Origin: an uncultured Gemmatimonadaceae bacterium | GTDB lineage: Bacteria > Gemmatimonadota > Gemmatimonadetes > Gemmatimonadales > Gemmatimonadaceae | NCBI GenBank assembly: GCA_963716745.1 | Contig: OY970320.1 | Location: 1,440,001 to 1,504,000 of the forward strand | Reading direction: 5' to 3' | DNA: 64,000 nucleotides | Part shown: positions 29,691 through 42,055 of the stretch, piece after piece | Position numbering within the stretch: position 1 is the stretch's first letter | How the letters are laid out: the number at the start of each line of letters is the position of its first letter | Program-made: the position numbers and the translations under genes | Notes under the pieces: generated by a model | Databases searched by the model: none | The model's input: only the letters and a program-made list of their open reading frames with translations | What the model was told of the DNA's origin: nothing

Positions 29691-30939
29691 ACCCCGCACA
29701 GGACGCGGCCTGCGGCCGGCGTGGGTATTTGCCGCGCTCGGCGCGCTGCTCGTGCTCGCCGTGGTCACGTCGCCCGACGCGCCGACCAACGACGAGAAGA
29801 GCGTGCTGTCGACGTACGACCGCGAGATCTGGGGCGCGCGCGGGATCTACGACGCACTCGACCTGATGGGCGTGGCGGTGCGGCGGCGGTTGATCCCGCT
29901 GCGCCACCCGCTCGACAGCGCCGCGGTGTACGTAGTGCTGGACCCACCGATCCCGCTCTCGGCGCGCGAGACCGCCGCGCTGCTCGACGCCGTTCGGCGC
30001 GGCGCGAGCCTTATCATCACCGCGCCGGAGGGCGGCTTCAACGCGGACTCCCTCGGCGTGGAGCGCGGCGACTACGAGCTGCACCCGCTGGAACCGGTGA
30101 CCGACACCCTGTTCGGGAGCGCCGAATTCCGGCGCCAGCGCTCGGCGACGGGCCGGCGGCGGCTCGCGACCGTGTTCTCGGGTTCCTCTGACGATTCCGC
30201 GATCAGTTTCCACCAATTCCTCGTGCCGCCGCGCGCGAGCGACACCGACACCGCGCGCGCGCTTCCCCACGACACGACCACGTTGCTCGCGGTGCGGACC
30301 GACAGCGTCAACGAACCGACGATCCTCGGGCGCACGCTCGGTGACGGTCGCGTGGTGATCATCGCCGACGCCGATTTCCTTCGCAACGTGGTGCTGAGGC
30401 GCGGCAATGCGGCGGTACTGATGGTGCGATTGATCGAATGGGCCGACCGCGGGCGCGCGATGCCCGTGATCTTCGACGAGTACCATCACGGCCACGGGCG
30501 CCACTCGGACATGATCGGCGCGGTGATGGACGGACTCGGCAACAGCCCGTACGGCCGCGTCGTGCTCCAGGCCGCGGTCGCAGCGCTCATCCTGCTCTTC
30601 GCGCTCTCGGTGCGGCCCATCGCACCGGTCGCGCGCACCATCGTCGAGCGGCGCTCGCCACTCGAGCACGTGGGCGCGGCGGCGCGGGCCTACGAAGCGA
30701 TCGGCGCGACACGGCTCGCCGCGCGCCGGCTGGTGCGCGGTCTTCGCCGGCGTCATCCGCTGGGCGCCACGGGCACGCTCACCGACGACGGATATCTCGC
30801 GCTCCTTCGGGAGCGAGCACCCGCATTGAACGAGGACGCGGCGCTGTTGGCGCGCGCGATCCGAGAACCACTCCCCGCCGGCCAGTTCGTGAGCGCCGGT
30901 GCCGCGATCGATCACATCGAGAGGACGCTGACGTCGTGA
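29683..30939 (+). CDS. DUF4350-domain membrane protein
   Basis: STY....GARGIY, G.GRVVIIADADFLRN, IFDEYHHG, RSPLEHV. Confidence 0.8.
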   Translation: MAEPRTGRGLRPAWVFAALGALLVLAVVTSPDAPTNDEKSVLSTYDREIWGARGIYDALDLMGVAVRRRLIPLRHPLDSAAVYVVLDPPIPLSARETAALLDAVRRGASLIITAPEGGFNADSLGVERGDYELHPLEPVTDTLFGSAEFRRQRSATGRRRLATVFSGSSDDSAISFHQFLVPPRASDTDTARALPHDTTTLLAVRTDSVNEPTILGRTLGDGRVVIIADADFLRNVVLRRGNAAVLMVRLIEWADRGRAMPVIFDEYHHGHGRHSDMIGAVMDGLGNSPYGRVVLQAAVAALILLFALSVRPIAPVARTIVERRSPLEHVGAAARAYEAIGATRLAARRLVRGLRRRHPLGATGTLTDDGYLALLRERAPALNEDAALLARAIREPLPAGQFVSAGAAIDHIERTLTS

Positions 30940-31895
30940 TGACAACACAGCAGGTGGCCGAGGCCATGTCGAGAGTGCGCGCGGCGGTATCGCAGCGCGT
31001 GGTGGGGCAGGACGAAGTGATCGACCAGGCGCTGGTCGCCTTCCTGGCGCGCGGGCACGCGCTGCTCGAGGGCGTGCCCGGCACGGCGAAGACGCTGCTC
31101 GTTCGCGCGCTCGCCGGAGCGCTCAACGCGAAGTTCGGGCGCATCCAGTTCACGCCCGACCTCATGCCGAGCGACATCACCGGGATCAACCTCCTGCGCG
31201 ATGGCGGGCGTAGCAGCGAGTTCCGCGGCGGTCCCATCTTCACCGACCTGCTGCTCGCCGACGAGATCAATCGCGCGCCGGCGAAGACACAATCGGCGCT
31301 GCTCGAAGCGATGCAGGAGCGGCAGACGACGGTAGACGGCGTCGCGCGGCCGCTCGGCGACTTGTTCACCGTGTTCGCGACGCAGAATCCGGTTGAGTAC
31401 GAGGGCACGTATCCGCTGCCCGAGGCGCAGCTCGACCGGTTCCTGCTCAAGATCCGCGTGCCCTACCCATCGCGCGAGTCGGAACTGCAGATGCTCGCGA
31501 ACTACGAGGGCGGCTTCGACGCCGAGCGTGCAGCGGATGTGGTGCCGCCGCCGGTGCTGAACGAGCAGACGTGCCGCGAGGTGCGCGCTGCCGTGGACGG
31601 CGTGAAAGTCGCGCCCGAGGTGCGCGATTACATCGCGAACATCGTGCGCGCGACACGGGAGGATCCGGCGCTCACGCTCGGCGGAAGCCCGCGCGCGAGC
31701 GTCGCGCTGTTCCGGGTGGCGCGCGGCGCGGCGCTGCTGGCCGGCCGCGAGTTCGTGACGCCCGACAATGTGAAGGCGTTCGCGTTCCCCGTGCTTCGCC
31801 ACCGCATCACGGTCGCGCCGGAGGTGGAGGTGGAGGGACGCACCAGCGACGAGGTGCTGCAGGCGCTCCTGCTGCGGGTGGTGGCGCCGAAGTGA
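30939..31895 (+). CDS. moxR: MoxR family AAA+ ATPase
   Basis: LLEGVPGTAKT, RIQFTPDLMPSD, LADEINRAPAKTQSALLEAMQE, ATQNPVEYEGTYPLPEAQLDRF. Confidence 0.95.
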   Translation: MTTQQVAEAMSRVRAAVSQRVVGQDEVIDQALVAFLARGHALLEGVPGTAKTLLVRALAGALNAKFGRIQFTPDLMPSDITGINLLRDGGRSSEFRGGPIFTDLLLADEINRAPAKTQSALLEAMQERQTTVDGVARPLGDLFTVFATQNPVEYEGTYPLPEAQLDRFLLKIRVPYPSRESELQMLANYEGGFDAERAADVVPPPVLNEQTCREVRAAVDGVKVAPEVRDYIANIVRATREDPALTLGGSPRASVALFRVARGAALLAGREFVTPDNVKAFAFPVLRHRITVAPEVEVEGRTSDEVLQALLLRVVAPK

Positions 31896-33256
31896 GCGCG
31901 ACGCGGGATCTGGCCCGGCGGATCGGCGGCTGGGTGACGGCGATCCTTCCCACGCGGCGGCTCGCGCTGGTGGCGGCCTTGCTCGCGCCGGTGTGGCTGC
32001 TGGGGCTCGATCCCGCAGGCGAAACGTGGATCGGTCTCGTGCTCGCGGCGTTCGCGGCGCTCGTCGCGATCGACATCGTGACCCTGCCGGCGAAGTGGCA
32101 ATTGAGCGTGGAGCGTCACGCGCCGGAGAACGTGGGGATCGGCGACGAAGCGGAGGGGGAATACGAACTCCAGTCGCGCGCCGGGCGCACGCTGCGGTTC
32201 TCGTTGTACGACCAACTCCCGCGCGGCATCGAGCGCCTCGGCAAGGGCGCGGGGCGGGATTCCGTGAAAGCGCACGGCGTGCGCGTGATCCCCTTCACGG
32301 TGGCAGGACGCGAGCGTGGGAGCTGGGCGCTCGGGCCGGTGGTGGCGCGCGTCGAAGGTGCGCTGGGGTTGGTGCGGCGCACCATCCGGTACGCGCCCGG
32401 GGACACCGCGCGCGTGACGCCGTCGATGACGGGCGTGCGGCGCTACCGCCTGCTGGCGCTGCAGCACCGGCTGCAGGATGCGGGAGTGCGCGCGATCCGC
32501 CGGCGCGGCGATGGTACGAACTTCGCGAACCTTCGGGAATACGTGACGGGCGACGATCCGCGCCGCATCGACTGGAAGGCCACCGCGCGGCGCGAGAAGC
32601 TGATCACGCGCGAGTACACCGTGGAACAGGGGCAGACCGTGCTCGTGGCCGTGGACGCGGGCCGCATGATGACGCAGCTCGCGGGACCGTTGTCGCGATT
32701 CGAGCACGCACTGTCATCGGCCACGCTGCTGGCGGACGTCGCGACGCAGAGCGGGGACCAAGTCGGTGCGATCGTGTTCGACGATCAAGTACGCGCGTTC
32801 GTGCCCGCGGCGCGCGGGCGGCCGGCACTGCAGCGGCTGCGCGATGCGTTCGTTCCCGTGCGCGCGACGATGACCGAGCCCGATTACGCCGCGGCCTTCC
32901 GCACGCTCTCGGCGCGCCACCGGAAGCGGTCGCTGATCGTGCTCTATACCGACGTGATCGATCCGCGCGCATCGCAATCGCTGATCGCGCTCACCGCGCG
33001 CGGCGCAATGCGGCACGTGCTCGTGGTGGTCGCGCTGCGCAACGACGCGCTGATGGCGGCGGCGGTGCCGTCGCGAGAGAGCACGAGCGATCAACTGTAC
33101 GAGAGCGCCGCGGCGGAAGAGCTCGTCATGGCGCGGGAGGAGGCGCTGGCCCGCATGCGCCACGCCGGCGTGACGGTGATCGACGTGTCGCCCCGGCTCA
33201 TGGCCGCGGCGGTGATCAACCGTTACCTCGAGATCAAAGCGCGCGCGTCGCTATAG
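31892..33256 (+). CDS. DUF58 (VWA-like) protein
   Basis: GTNFANLREYVTGDDPRRIDWKATAR...VDAGRMM...LYTD. Confidence 0.92.
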   Translation: MSATRDLARRIGGWVTAILPTRRLALVAALLAPVWLLGLDPAGETWIGLVLAAFAALVAIDIVTLPAKWQLSVERHAPENVGIGDEAEGEYELQSRAGRTLRFSLYDQLPRGIERLGKGAGRDSVKAHGVRVIPFTVAGRERGSWALGPVVARVEGALGLVRRTIRYAPGDTARVTPSMTGVRRYRLLALQHRLQDAGVRAIRRRGDGTNFANLREYVTGDDPRRIDWKATARREKLITREYTVEQGQTVLVAVDAGRMMTQLAGPLSRFEHALSSATLLADVATQSGDQVGAIVFDDQVRAFVPAARGRPALQRLRDAFVPVRATMTEPDYAAAFRTLSARHRKRSLIVLYTDVIDPRASQSLIALTARGAMRHVLVVVALRNDALMAAAVPSRESTSDQLYESAAAEELVMAREEALARMRHAGVTVIDVSPRLMAAAVINRYLEIKARASL

Positions 33257-35063
33257 GCGTTCTCCTCGACCGGCGCCTCCGGCTCGTCGCCCGCACCGCG
33301 CGTGAAGTAATAGAGCAGCAACAGCGCACTGGCACTCGCGACGCCGAACTTCAGCCAGTCGGGCACATCGACGCGCGGTGACAGCAGCCCCTCGATCGTG
33401 CCGGCGACCATGAGCATCATCGTGGTCGCGGCGAGCAGGCGAACGGCGCGACGCCCCTTGATCACGAACGCCTCGCGGCGCGTGTACGCGCCCGGCAGCA
33501 GCAACGCCGACGCGATGAGCAGTCCGCCGCCGGCGGCGATCGTGATCGCGGAGAGCTCGAGCACGCTGTGGGGGATCACGAACAGCGCGAGCTGCCGGCC
33601 AATGCCGTGATTCACGTACAGTCCCAGCACCGCGCCGATGCTCACGCCGTTCGTGAGCAACATGATGACCGTGAGCACGCCGGCGCTGATGCCCGCCGCC
33701 CAGACCGTGAGCGTCACCTGGATGTTGTTCGCGATGATCTGGCTCGCGACGACCGGCCGCTCGAAATCCTTGACCTTGATGTACTCGTGATGGCCGGCGC
33801 GTTCGCGCGCCTCACCTTCCGCCACGCGGTCGAGCATGCCAGGCGGCAGCAGCTCCTCGGCGACCTCGGGATGCGCGATGACCGTGAACGTGGTGGCGGC
33901 CAGCGAGCCGAAGAAGATGAGACCGGCGAGCAAGATCGGGCGCCACGATCGGCGCACTTCGCGCGGCACCGAGATGAACAGATAGCGCGCCGCGTTCTGC
34001 GTGGAGAGTCGGCGCTGTCGGTAGATCAAGTTGTGGCCGGCGCCCACGAGGCGGCTCACGTAGAACATCGCGTCGGTGTCCTGCCCCGCGGAGGCGGTGC
34101 GCAGCCGCGCGAGGTCGGTGGCCACTTCGCGGTACTCGGCGACGAATGCACTCACATCGCCCTCGCTCATGGCGCGCAGTCCGGTGCGCTGCGCGTCCGC
34201 GAGCTTGGATGCGAACGCGCTCCAGCGGCCGGCGTTCCGCGCGACGATCGCGTGCCGCTCACGCGCCGCGCCGGTCGCGCCGCGTGCCGCGACGCCGCGC
34301 GCGCGCGCGGCACGCTCCTTCTCGAACAACGAATTGAGCTGCGCGAAGGGCGAGCCGTCGGCCGCATCGAGGTGTGTCCTGAATCGCGCCATCAACTGTT
34401 CGGCGATCGCGCGGCGCCGTTCGGGCGCGAGCGCGCTCCGCCGCGCCAGATACCGTTCGAGCACCTCGTACTCGCGGTCGGTGAGCGCCGCCGTGACCAT
34501 GGCCGCGCCTTCCGCCGCCGGCGTGAGCGCCGTCGTGACCGGCGCGACGTGCACCAGCTTCTCTTGCACCACGATCGTGCCCGCGAGGAAGTCGCCGAGC
34601 CGCTTACCCGACGGCGAGATCGCCGCGCTCGCGATCCCCACGGCGTACGCGAGGCCGGGTTGCATGTCGAGGATGCGCGCGACATTGCGCACCGCCGACG
34701 CGCCGACGCTCACCGAGAATCCGCCGTCCTGGACGACGCGGATCCCAAGGCGCCGCTTGCCCGGCGTCTGACCATCCCAGATCGCTTCGAACACCATGAA
34801 ATAGCCGACCTGCACGCCGAACAGTGCGAGGATCAGGAACGCGACCGCCCAACCGCCGAGCATCTTGCCGAACGGATCATTCTTGACGTCGAGCAGCGAT
34901 GCGACGACCGACCAGAGGATCGCGATCAGCAAGAACCCCGCGATCATGAGCAGATAGTCGACGATGGCCGCGGCGGCGCGCGAGCCGACGCCCGCGACGG
35001 TGTACGAGAAGATCACCTGTTCCGGCGTCTCGATCTCGACCTGTTGCTCGAACGATCCGCCCG

Positions 35064-35067
<4 letters not shown>
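33223..35067 (-). CDS. RDD-family / SpoIIM (DUF95) fusion membrane protein
   Basis: IETPEQV...AGVGSRAAAAIVD, GQTPGKR, KRLGDFLAGT (RDD) in frame with YREVATDLARLR, IIANNIQV, IPHSVLEL, AGTIEG (SpoIIM). Confidence 0.88.
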
Positions 35068-36559
<1,492 letters not shown>

Positions 36560-36603
36560 GCACCAATGTCCCATGCGGGCGTGGTAAACGTCCAGCGAGG
36601 TGC

Positions 36604-36715
36604 ACCGCGAACGGCGGGACTGGCACCGCTGGAAGCGCGGATTGGCGTTAGGCACGGCGGTCGCATCCAACGCCAATCCCCGCCATTCAGCGGTACCAGT
36701 CCCGCCGTTTGCGGT
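36604..36715 (-). repeat. Long intergenic hairpin, family B copy 2
   Basis: Reverse complement shares AACGGCGGGACTGGTACCGCTGA, ATTGGCGTTGGAT, AACGCCAATC and GCGGTGCCAGTCCCGCCGT with copy 1. Confidence 0.9.
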
Positions 36716-36720
36716 CAAGT

Positions 36721-37023
36721 CTAGGGACGGAAGAGCGTCTTGACGCCGTTCCACCACCATGGTGGCCAGATCAGCACCAGCGGCGTCATGAGCAGCGCGA
36801 CCGCGACGCGCACCGCCATCGGCTCGTCGCGCATCTTCTCCAACCGGCTCTCCTTGGCGCGCGGCGGCAGGCCGACGCCGGCCTGGTACATCGCCGAGAG
36901 CATCTTCGCGCGCTTCTCGGCCTCGCCGGCGGGATCGCCATCCAGCGGCTTGGCGCAATAGAGGCAGCGCTTCGACTGGTCCGATATCTGGCGCTTGCAA
37001 TGCGGACAGGGGATGTTCGGCAT
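36721..37023 (-). CDS. Small zinc-ribbon membrane protein
   Basis: CPHC...CLYC, C-terminal TM helix; GGAGG RBS. Confidence 0.72.
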   Translation of the reverse strand: MPNIPCPHCKRQISDQSKRCLYCAKPLDGDPAGEAEKRAKMLSAMYQAGVGLPPRAKESRLEKMRDEPMAVRVAVALLMTPLVLIWPPWWWNGVKTLFRP

Positions 37024-37121
37024 GCTCGTTGGTCCTCCGTACGTTGTTGACGATCCAGGTCGCGTGCGGGATTCGCGGCGCACTGGACTTCCCCCGCACA
37101 CCTCGCATCCTTTCGGGCCGG

Positions 37122-37967
37122 ATGGAGCGTCCCCTTTTCCTCGACATCGCGAACTCGCTCGCGCTGCTCTTCATCTGCATGCTGGTGCAGGCGGCGTGCT
37201 TCATCATCACGCCTGACGGCGCCAGTCTGCCGCCGCTCGCCGCCACCGGCGTGTTGGTGCTGCTAGGACTCCTCTTCATCGCGCGTTACGTCTCGCCCAC
37301 GGGGGGCGCCGCCCAGATCGAGCGGCGCGCCCGGTCGCGCGTCAGAGGGCTGGGCGCACAGTGGCCGTGGAGCATCATCGCGGCGGTGGCGGTCACGGTG
37401 TTCCTGCTCGGCTTCCTGAGCATCTACATGCGGCTCATGCCACAGCCCGACACGCCGGGCGATACCACGGAGCAGTACGCCGCGCTGCCGCTGGGGATGA
37501 TCCCCATCATCGTCGCCGCCGTGTTGGTGAGCCCGCTCATCGAAGAGGTAGTGATGCGCGGCTGGATCCAGGGGCGGCTCTCGGCGGAGTTCGGGCCGGA
37601 GCGCGCGATCGTGAACACGGCGGCGCTCTTCGCGGTCGCACATCTCGATCCGTGGGGGGTACCATTCATGTTCCCCCTCGGGCTCGCGTGCGGTTACTCG
37701 GTGTATCTCACGCGCTCCATTTGGAGCGGCGTGCTGATCCATATGGCGTTCAACGGCTCACTCTTCCTCGTGGACCACTACCTTCCTGCCGCGGATGCAT
37801 TCCCGGGACTTAGCGCGGGAGAGAACGGTATCGCGCACATGGGCGTATTGATGACGGTGTCAGCCGTCGTCGCGGTCGCCGTGTGGCGCCACCAGCGTGT
37901 GATCCGCGACCGAACAGCCGACGATATTCCCGAAGGATCCGAGCACGCGGCCGACCACACCGATTGA
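37122..37967 (+). CDS. CPBP (CAAX/Abi) intramembrane metalloprotease
   Basis: PLIEEVVMRG, FAVAH, IHMAFN. Confidence 0.9.
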   Translation: MERPLFLDIANSLALLFICMLVQAACFIITPDGASLPPLAATGVLVLLGLLFIARYVSPTGGAAQIERRARSRVRGLGAQWPWSIIAAVAVTVFLLGFLSIYMRLMPQPDTPGDTTEQYAALPLGMIPIIVAAVLVSPLIEEVVMRGWIQGRLSAEFGPERAIVNTAALFAVAHLDPWGVPFMFPLGLACGYSVYLTRSIWSGVLIHMAFNGSLFLVDHYLPAADAFPGLSAGENGIAHMGVLMTVSAVVAVAVWRHQRVIRDRTADDIPEGSEHAADHTD

Positions 37968-38020
37968 CCCTGCGCTCGCACATCCCGATCTTCCGTATCC
38001 CCCACTTTTCCGGATCCACC

Positions 38021-39976
38021 ATGCGCCACGTAACGCTCGCCGCCGCGCTCCTCGCCGCCGCCGTCTCCCTCGCGGCCGCGCAGGCGCCGAAGATCACGCC
38101 CAAGGGCGACCCGTCGATCAAGGACGACACGATCTACAAGCTCGTGGTGGATCCCAAGGATTACAGCGACCAGCGCTACGTCTTCCTGCTCGACGATGGC
38201 GTCGAACGCCTCGAGGCCGATGGGTCCGGCACGCGCACGTACCGCCAAGTGGCGCAGGTGCTCACGCCCGAGGGCGCCGAGGTGTGGGGCGAGCGTTCGT
38301 TCGGTTATTCGAAGGGGCGCGAGAAGCTCACGGTGAACTGGGTGCGCGTGCTCGATCTCAAGGGCAACGTGATCAGCTCGAAGCCAGTGCACGAACAGGA
38401 ATCGCTCGCGCCGGTCGCGATGTCGGCGCCCGTCTATTCGGACGAGATGATCCACCGCGTGTCGCTCGGCGGCGTCGCGCCGGGCACCATCGTCGACTAC
38501 AGCTACACCGTGGAGGTGCAGAAGCCGCTGATCCCGGGCGACTACTTCACGAGCTGGAGCGTACTCACCGGCGTGCAGACGCAACGCTCGCGGTTCATCG
38601 TGGACCTGCCCGAGAGAGTCGATCCGCACATCATCGAGCAGCATCTCACGTTCAAGCGGCAGGAGACCGTCGCGAAGGGACGCCGCACGTTCACATGGGC
38701 CACGCAGGACGTGAAGAAGACCGAGCGTGAACCATACGCGCCGGACAGTGTGTATGGCGAATCGATCAGTCTCGCGTCGCGTCTCACGTGGGGCGACGTG
38801 GGCAAATGGTATGCGGGCCTCGCGAAAGACCGCTACGCGCTCGATCCCGCGATCGAAGCGAAGGCGGCGGAGATCGTCGCGGGCGCGAAGACCGGCGAGG
38901 ACACGCTGCGCGCGCTGTACCGCTGGGTGGCGCAGGATTTCCGCTACGTGTCGCTCTCGCTCGGCATCGACGGTTACCAGCCGCATCCGCCGAGCATGGT
39001 CTTCGACAACAAGTATGGAGATTGCAAGGACAAGGCCACCTTCTTCGTAGCGATCGCGCGGAAGTACGGCTACCAGGCGTATCCGGTGCTGCTGAGCGCC
39101 GACGGCGGCGTGGACACGCTCGTGCCGTCGGCGCATCAATTCGACCACATGATCGCGGCGGTGGCGAAGCCCGGCGGCGGGTTCCAGTTCCTCGACCTTA
39201 CCGCGGAGATCGTGCCGTACGGCGACTTGCCGCCGGACGAGCAGGGCGAATTCGGTCTGTTGGTGAAAGATGACGGCGCGTCGCAGGGCGTGATCTTCCC
39301 CGAGACGCCGGCCGCGAACAATCGCTCCACCGTTCTTATCGCGGGCGAGCTCACGGCGGCCGGTGCATTCAACGGCAAGTGGACCGCGACGGCCACCGGC
39401 AACAACCAGTTCGGCATGCGCGAGCAGATGTCCGCGTCCACGAAGCCGGATTCCGCGGCGCGCGCGCGCATGACGCTGAGCGTGGCGAACTCAGTGGTGG
39501 AGGGCTCGACCGGCGACAGTCTGCAACTGTTCGAGGGACGCGACCTGAGCGCGGTGCCGCGCTACTCCGTGGTGATCCGCGGCGGCAAGATGATCACCGA
39601 TGCGGGCGGCGTGATGATCCTCGAGCTGCCGATCGCGAACTTCACGCAGACCAAGACCGTGGCATCGCTCGAGGCGCGCGGCCCGCGCAAGTATCCGATC
39701 TCGAGCGGCGCGGTATGGGGGCCCGATGAGACGGTGCAGGAATTCCGGCTCACGCTTCCCGCGGGCTGGAAGGCGACGCTGCCGCCGGGCGTACACGCGA
39801 AGAGCGTGTTCGGCGAGTACGAGGCCACGTACACGCAGGTGGGGCGCGAGTTGCGGGTGATGCGCCGGCGCTCCGGAACCACGGGCGTGTTCCCGGCCAC
39901 GGACTACCCGGCGCTGCTGGACTTCCTGCGCGAGATCACGAAGGACGACATCAAGGTGATCGTCCTCAACAAGTAG
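38021..39976 (+). CDS. Secreted DUF3857 + transglutaminase-like protein
   Basis: Signal peptide; PGTIVDYSY; FRYVSLSLG..GYQPH, GDCKDKA, FDHMI. Confidence 0.88.
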   Translation: MRHVTLAAALLAAAVSLAAAQAPKITPKGDPSIKDDTIYKLVVDPKDYSDQRYVFLLDDGVERLEADGSGTRTYRQVAQVLTPEGAEVWGERSFGYSKGREKLTVNWVRVLDLKGNVISSKPVHEQESLAPVAMSAPVYSDEMIHRVSLGGVAPGTIVDYSYTVEVQKPLIPGDYFTSWSVLTGVQTQRSRFIVDLPERVDPHIIEQHLTFKRQETVAKGRRTFTWATQDVKKTEREPYAPDSVYGESISLASRLTWGDVGKWYAGLAKDRYALDPAIEAKAAEIVAGAKTGEDTLRALYRWVAQDFRYVSLSLGIDGYQPHPPSMVFDNKYGDCKDKATFFVAIARKYGYQAYPVLLSADGGVDTLVPSAHQFDHMIAAVAKPGGGFQFLDLTAEIVPYGDLPPDEQGEFGLLVKDDGASQGVIFPETPAANNRSTVLIAGELTAAGAFNGKWTATATGNNQFGMREQMSASTKPDSAARARMTLSVANSVVEGSTGDSLQLFEGRDLSAVPRYSVVIRGGKMITDAGGVMILELPIANFTQTKTVASLEARGPRKYPISSGAVWGPDETVQEFRLTLPAGWKATLPPGVHAKSVFGEYEATYTQVGRELRVMRRRSGTTGVFPATDYPALLDFLREITKDDIKVIVLNK

Positions 39977-39983
39977 CGCGCGC

Positions 39984-40655
39984 TCACCCCCAGCGCGCGG
40001 CGAGCGCGCTGAGGGTGTCGTAGTCCAACCGGTGTCCTCCGGCGAAGCGCACCACCTCGAAGGGCACGCCGTGCGCGCGCAGGCGCGCTTCCTGCGCCGC
40101 GATGGTCGCGGGCGTCGCGAAGCCGTCGCTGTCGCCGAGCACGAAGATGGGCGCGGCGGTGCGCAGCGGGTGGTCCGGCCGCGAGAGGTCCATGTCGGGC
40201 GGCACGGTGCCCGCCCAGAGCACCACGGCGCCCACCGGCGCGCTCCCGTTCTCCATCCAGCGGCAGATCGTGGCGACACCCTGCGAGAATCCGAACCCCA
40301 CGACGCGCGTCGCGGAGAGATCGAAGTCCTGCGCGAGCTGCGCGTAGAGTGCGTCGAGATAGCCGATGTAGTCGTCGATCTCACTCAGCCGGTCCTCGCG
40401 CGTCATCCAGCTCGCGCCGATCTTCGCCTCGGCGTGCCCGGCGTCGTCATCGGTGAGATAGAATCGCGAGAGTGCCTCCGGCGCGACGATCAGCCGCGTT
40501 CCGTCGTTGACGATCTCGAAGTGCCGCAGGAATCGCGCGGCGAGCTGGCCATAGCCGTGACAAACGATCCAGAGCTGCTTCGGCGCGCCGCTCTCCGGGC
40601 CGAGCGTGTGATAGCGCGCAGTGCGCGTGACCGGGAGATGATGTTCGCGGATCAT
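39984..40655 (-). CDS. Alpha/beta hydrolase (phospholipase/carboxylesterase)
   Basis: HGYGQLA, GFSQG nucleophile elbow, GDSD, GGH. Confidence 0.88.
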   Translation of the reverse strand: MIREHHLPVTRTARYHTLGPESGAPKQLWIVCHGYGQLAARFLRHFEIVNDGTRLIVAPEALSRFYLTDDDAGHAEAKIGASWMTREDRLSEIDDYIGYLDALYAQLAQDFDLSATRVVGFGFSQGVATICRWMENGSAPVGAVVLWAGTVPPDMDLSRPDHPLRTAAPIFVLGDSDGFATPATIAAQEARLRAHGVPFEVVRFAGGHRLDYDTLSALAARWG

Positions 40656-42055
40656 GCGACGACGGCGGGCCGCGTCGCATGCGCCAGCGGCAGCCGCAGG
40701 ATGAATTCCGAGCCGGCGCCGGGCGTGGAGGTCAATTCGACGGTGCCATTGTGCGCTCGCGCGACGGCGCGCACGAGACTCAGGCCGAGCCCGAGCCCGC
40801 GCTTCGAGCGGCTGGCGTCACCGCGGAAGGAGCGGTCCCAGATGCGGCCGGACTCGTGCGCCGGGATCCCGATGCCGGTGTCGCGCACGACGATCACCGC
40901 TTCGTCGCCGGCGGCGCGCGCTTCGACGTGCACGCGGCCGCCGGACCGCGTGTATTTCACCGCATTGTCCACGAGATTGGCGACCGCCTGCACCACGCGG
41001 CCGCGGTCGGCGACGATGACGAGGGAGGGATCTCCCGCGGCGTCGAGCGCGATCCCCTGCTCTTCCGCGACCACGCCGTACATCTCGACGACGTCGGCGA
41101 CGATGCTCGCGATGTCGACCTCCGCGAGGTCCAGGTCGATCGAGCCGGCCTCCACCTCCGAGATCTCGAGCAGCGCATCGAGCATCTTGAGAATGTTCGC
41201 CGATTCCTCCAACGAATCCGAGAGCGCCTCGCGGTAGCTCTCGAGGTCCGGAGGAGACGCGAGAGAGAGCTCGGCGACGCCGCGCAGCCTGGTCATGGGC
41301 GTGCGCAGGTCGTGCGCGACGTTGTCGAGCGAGGCGCGCATGCTGTCCACGACGTGATCGATGCGCTCGAGCGCGCGGTTCAGCAGGATGCTCAGCTCCT
41401 CGAACTCGTCGCCGGTTGCGTGCACCGGCACGCGCGCCTTCAGCTCCCCGGTCTCGATGATCGGCTGCAGCGAATTCATGAGCGCGCGCACGGGGCGCAG
41501 CGCTCGCGACGAGAGCAGCATGCCGCCGGCGAGACCCAGCGCGACGATGCCCGCGAGCACCACGAGGAAGGTGTCGCGGAAGCGTTCGAGCACGTCGTCG
41601 CGCGCTTCGCGGCTCGCGCCAACCGTGAGCGTGGAACCGTCAGGCAACGGCGCGGACAGGAGGTCCATGGCATTGCGCCGGCGGCGGGCGCTCTCGCCGG
41701 CCGCTCCCGTCGCGCGCGCGAACCGGCGCGCCTGACTCGAATCGCCCGCGTTCGCGATCACCGTCGCACCGCGCGGATCGGTGAGGCGCACGACCATGCC
41801 GCTCAGGCGGCCGCTCGCGCGGTCGGCATCCACGCGCGTCGAGAGCGCCTTCGCGCCGCCCTCGGAGAATTCCTCGGCGTACGTGCTCACCACGAACTGG
41901 ATCCCGAGGCGATCCTTCGCCTCGAGCGAGTTCGCGAGCAGCAGATACGACAGAATGAACAGCAGCACGGAACTGAGAACGAACAGCGCGGTGGACCAGA
42001 GGATGACGCGAAAGCTGGCCGTGCGCCGGATGGCGTTAAGGCGCTCGAAGGACAT
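40652..42055 (-). CDS. HAMP sensor histidine kinase (OmpR-type pair)
   Basis: VAHDLRTPM, NLVDNAVKY, DTGIG, GLGLGL. Confidence 0.93.
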   Translation of the reverse strand: MSFERLNAIRRTASFRVILWSTALFVLSSVLLFILSYLLLANSLEAKDRLGIQFVVSTYAEEFSEGGAKALSTRVDADRASGRLSGMVVRLTDPRGATVIANAGDSSQARRFARATGAAGESARRRRNAMDLLSAPLPDGSTLTVGASREARDDVLERFRDTFLVVLAGIVALGLAGGMLLSSRALRPVRALMNSLQPIIETGELKARVPVHATGDEFEELSILLNRALERIDHVVDSMRASLDNVAHDLRTPMTRLRGVAELSLASPPDLESYREALSDSLEESANILKMLDALLEISEVEAGSIDLDLAEVDIASIVADVVEMYGVVAEEQGIALDAAGDPSLVIVADRGRVVQAVANLVDNAVKYTRSGGRVHVEARAAGDEAVIVVRDTGIGIPAHESGRIWDRSFRGDASRSKRGLGLGLSLVRAVARAHNGTVELTSTPGAGSEFILRLPLAHATRPAVVA

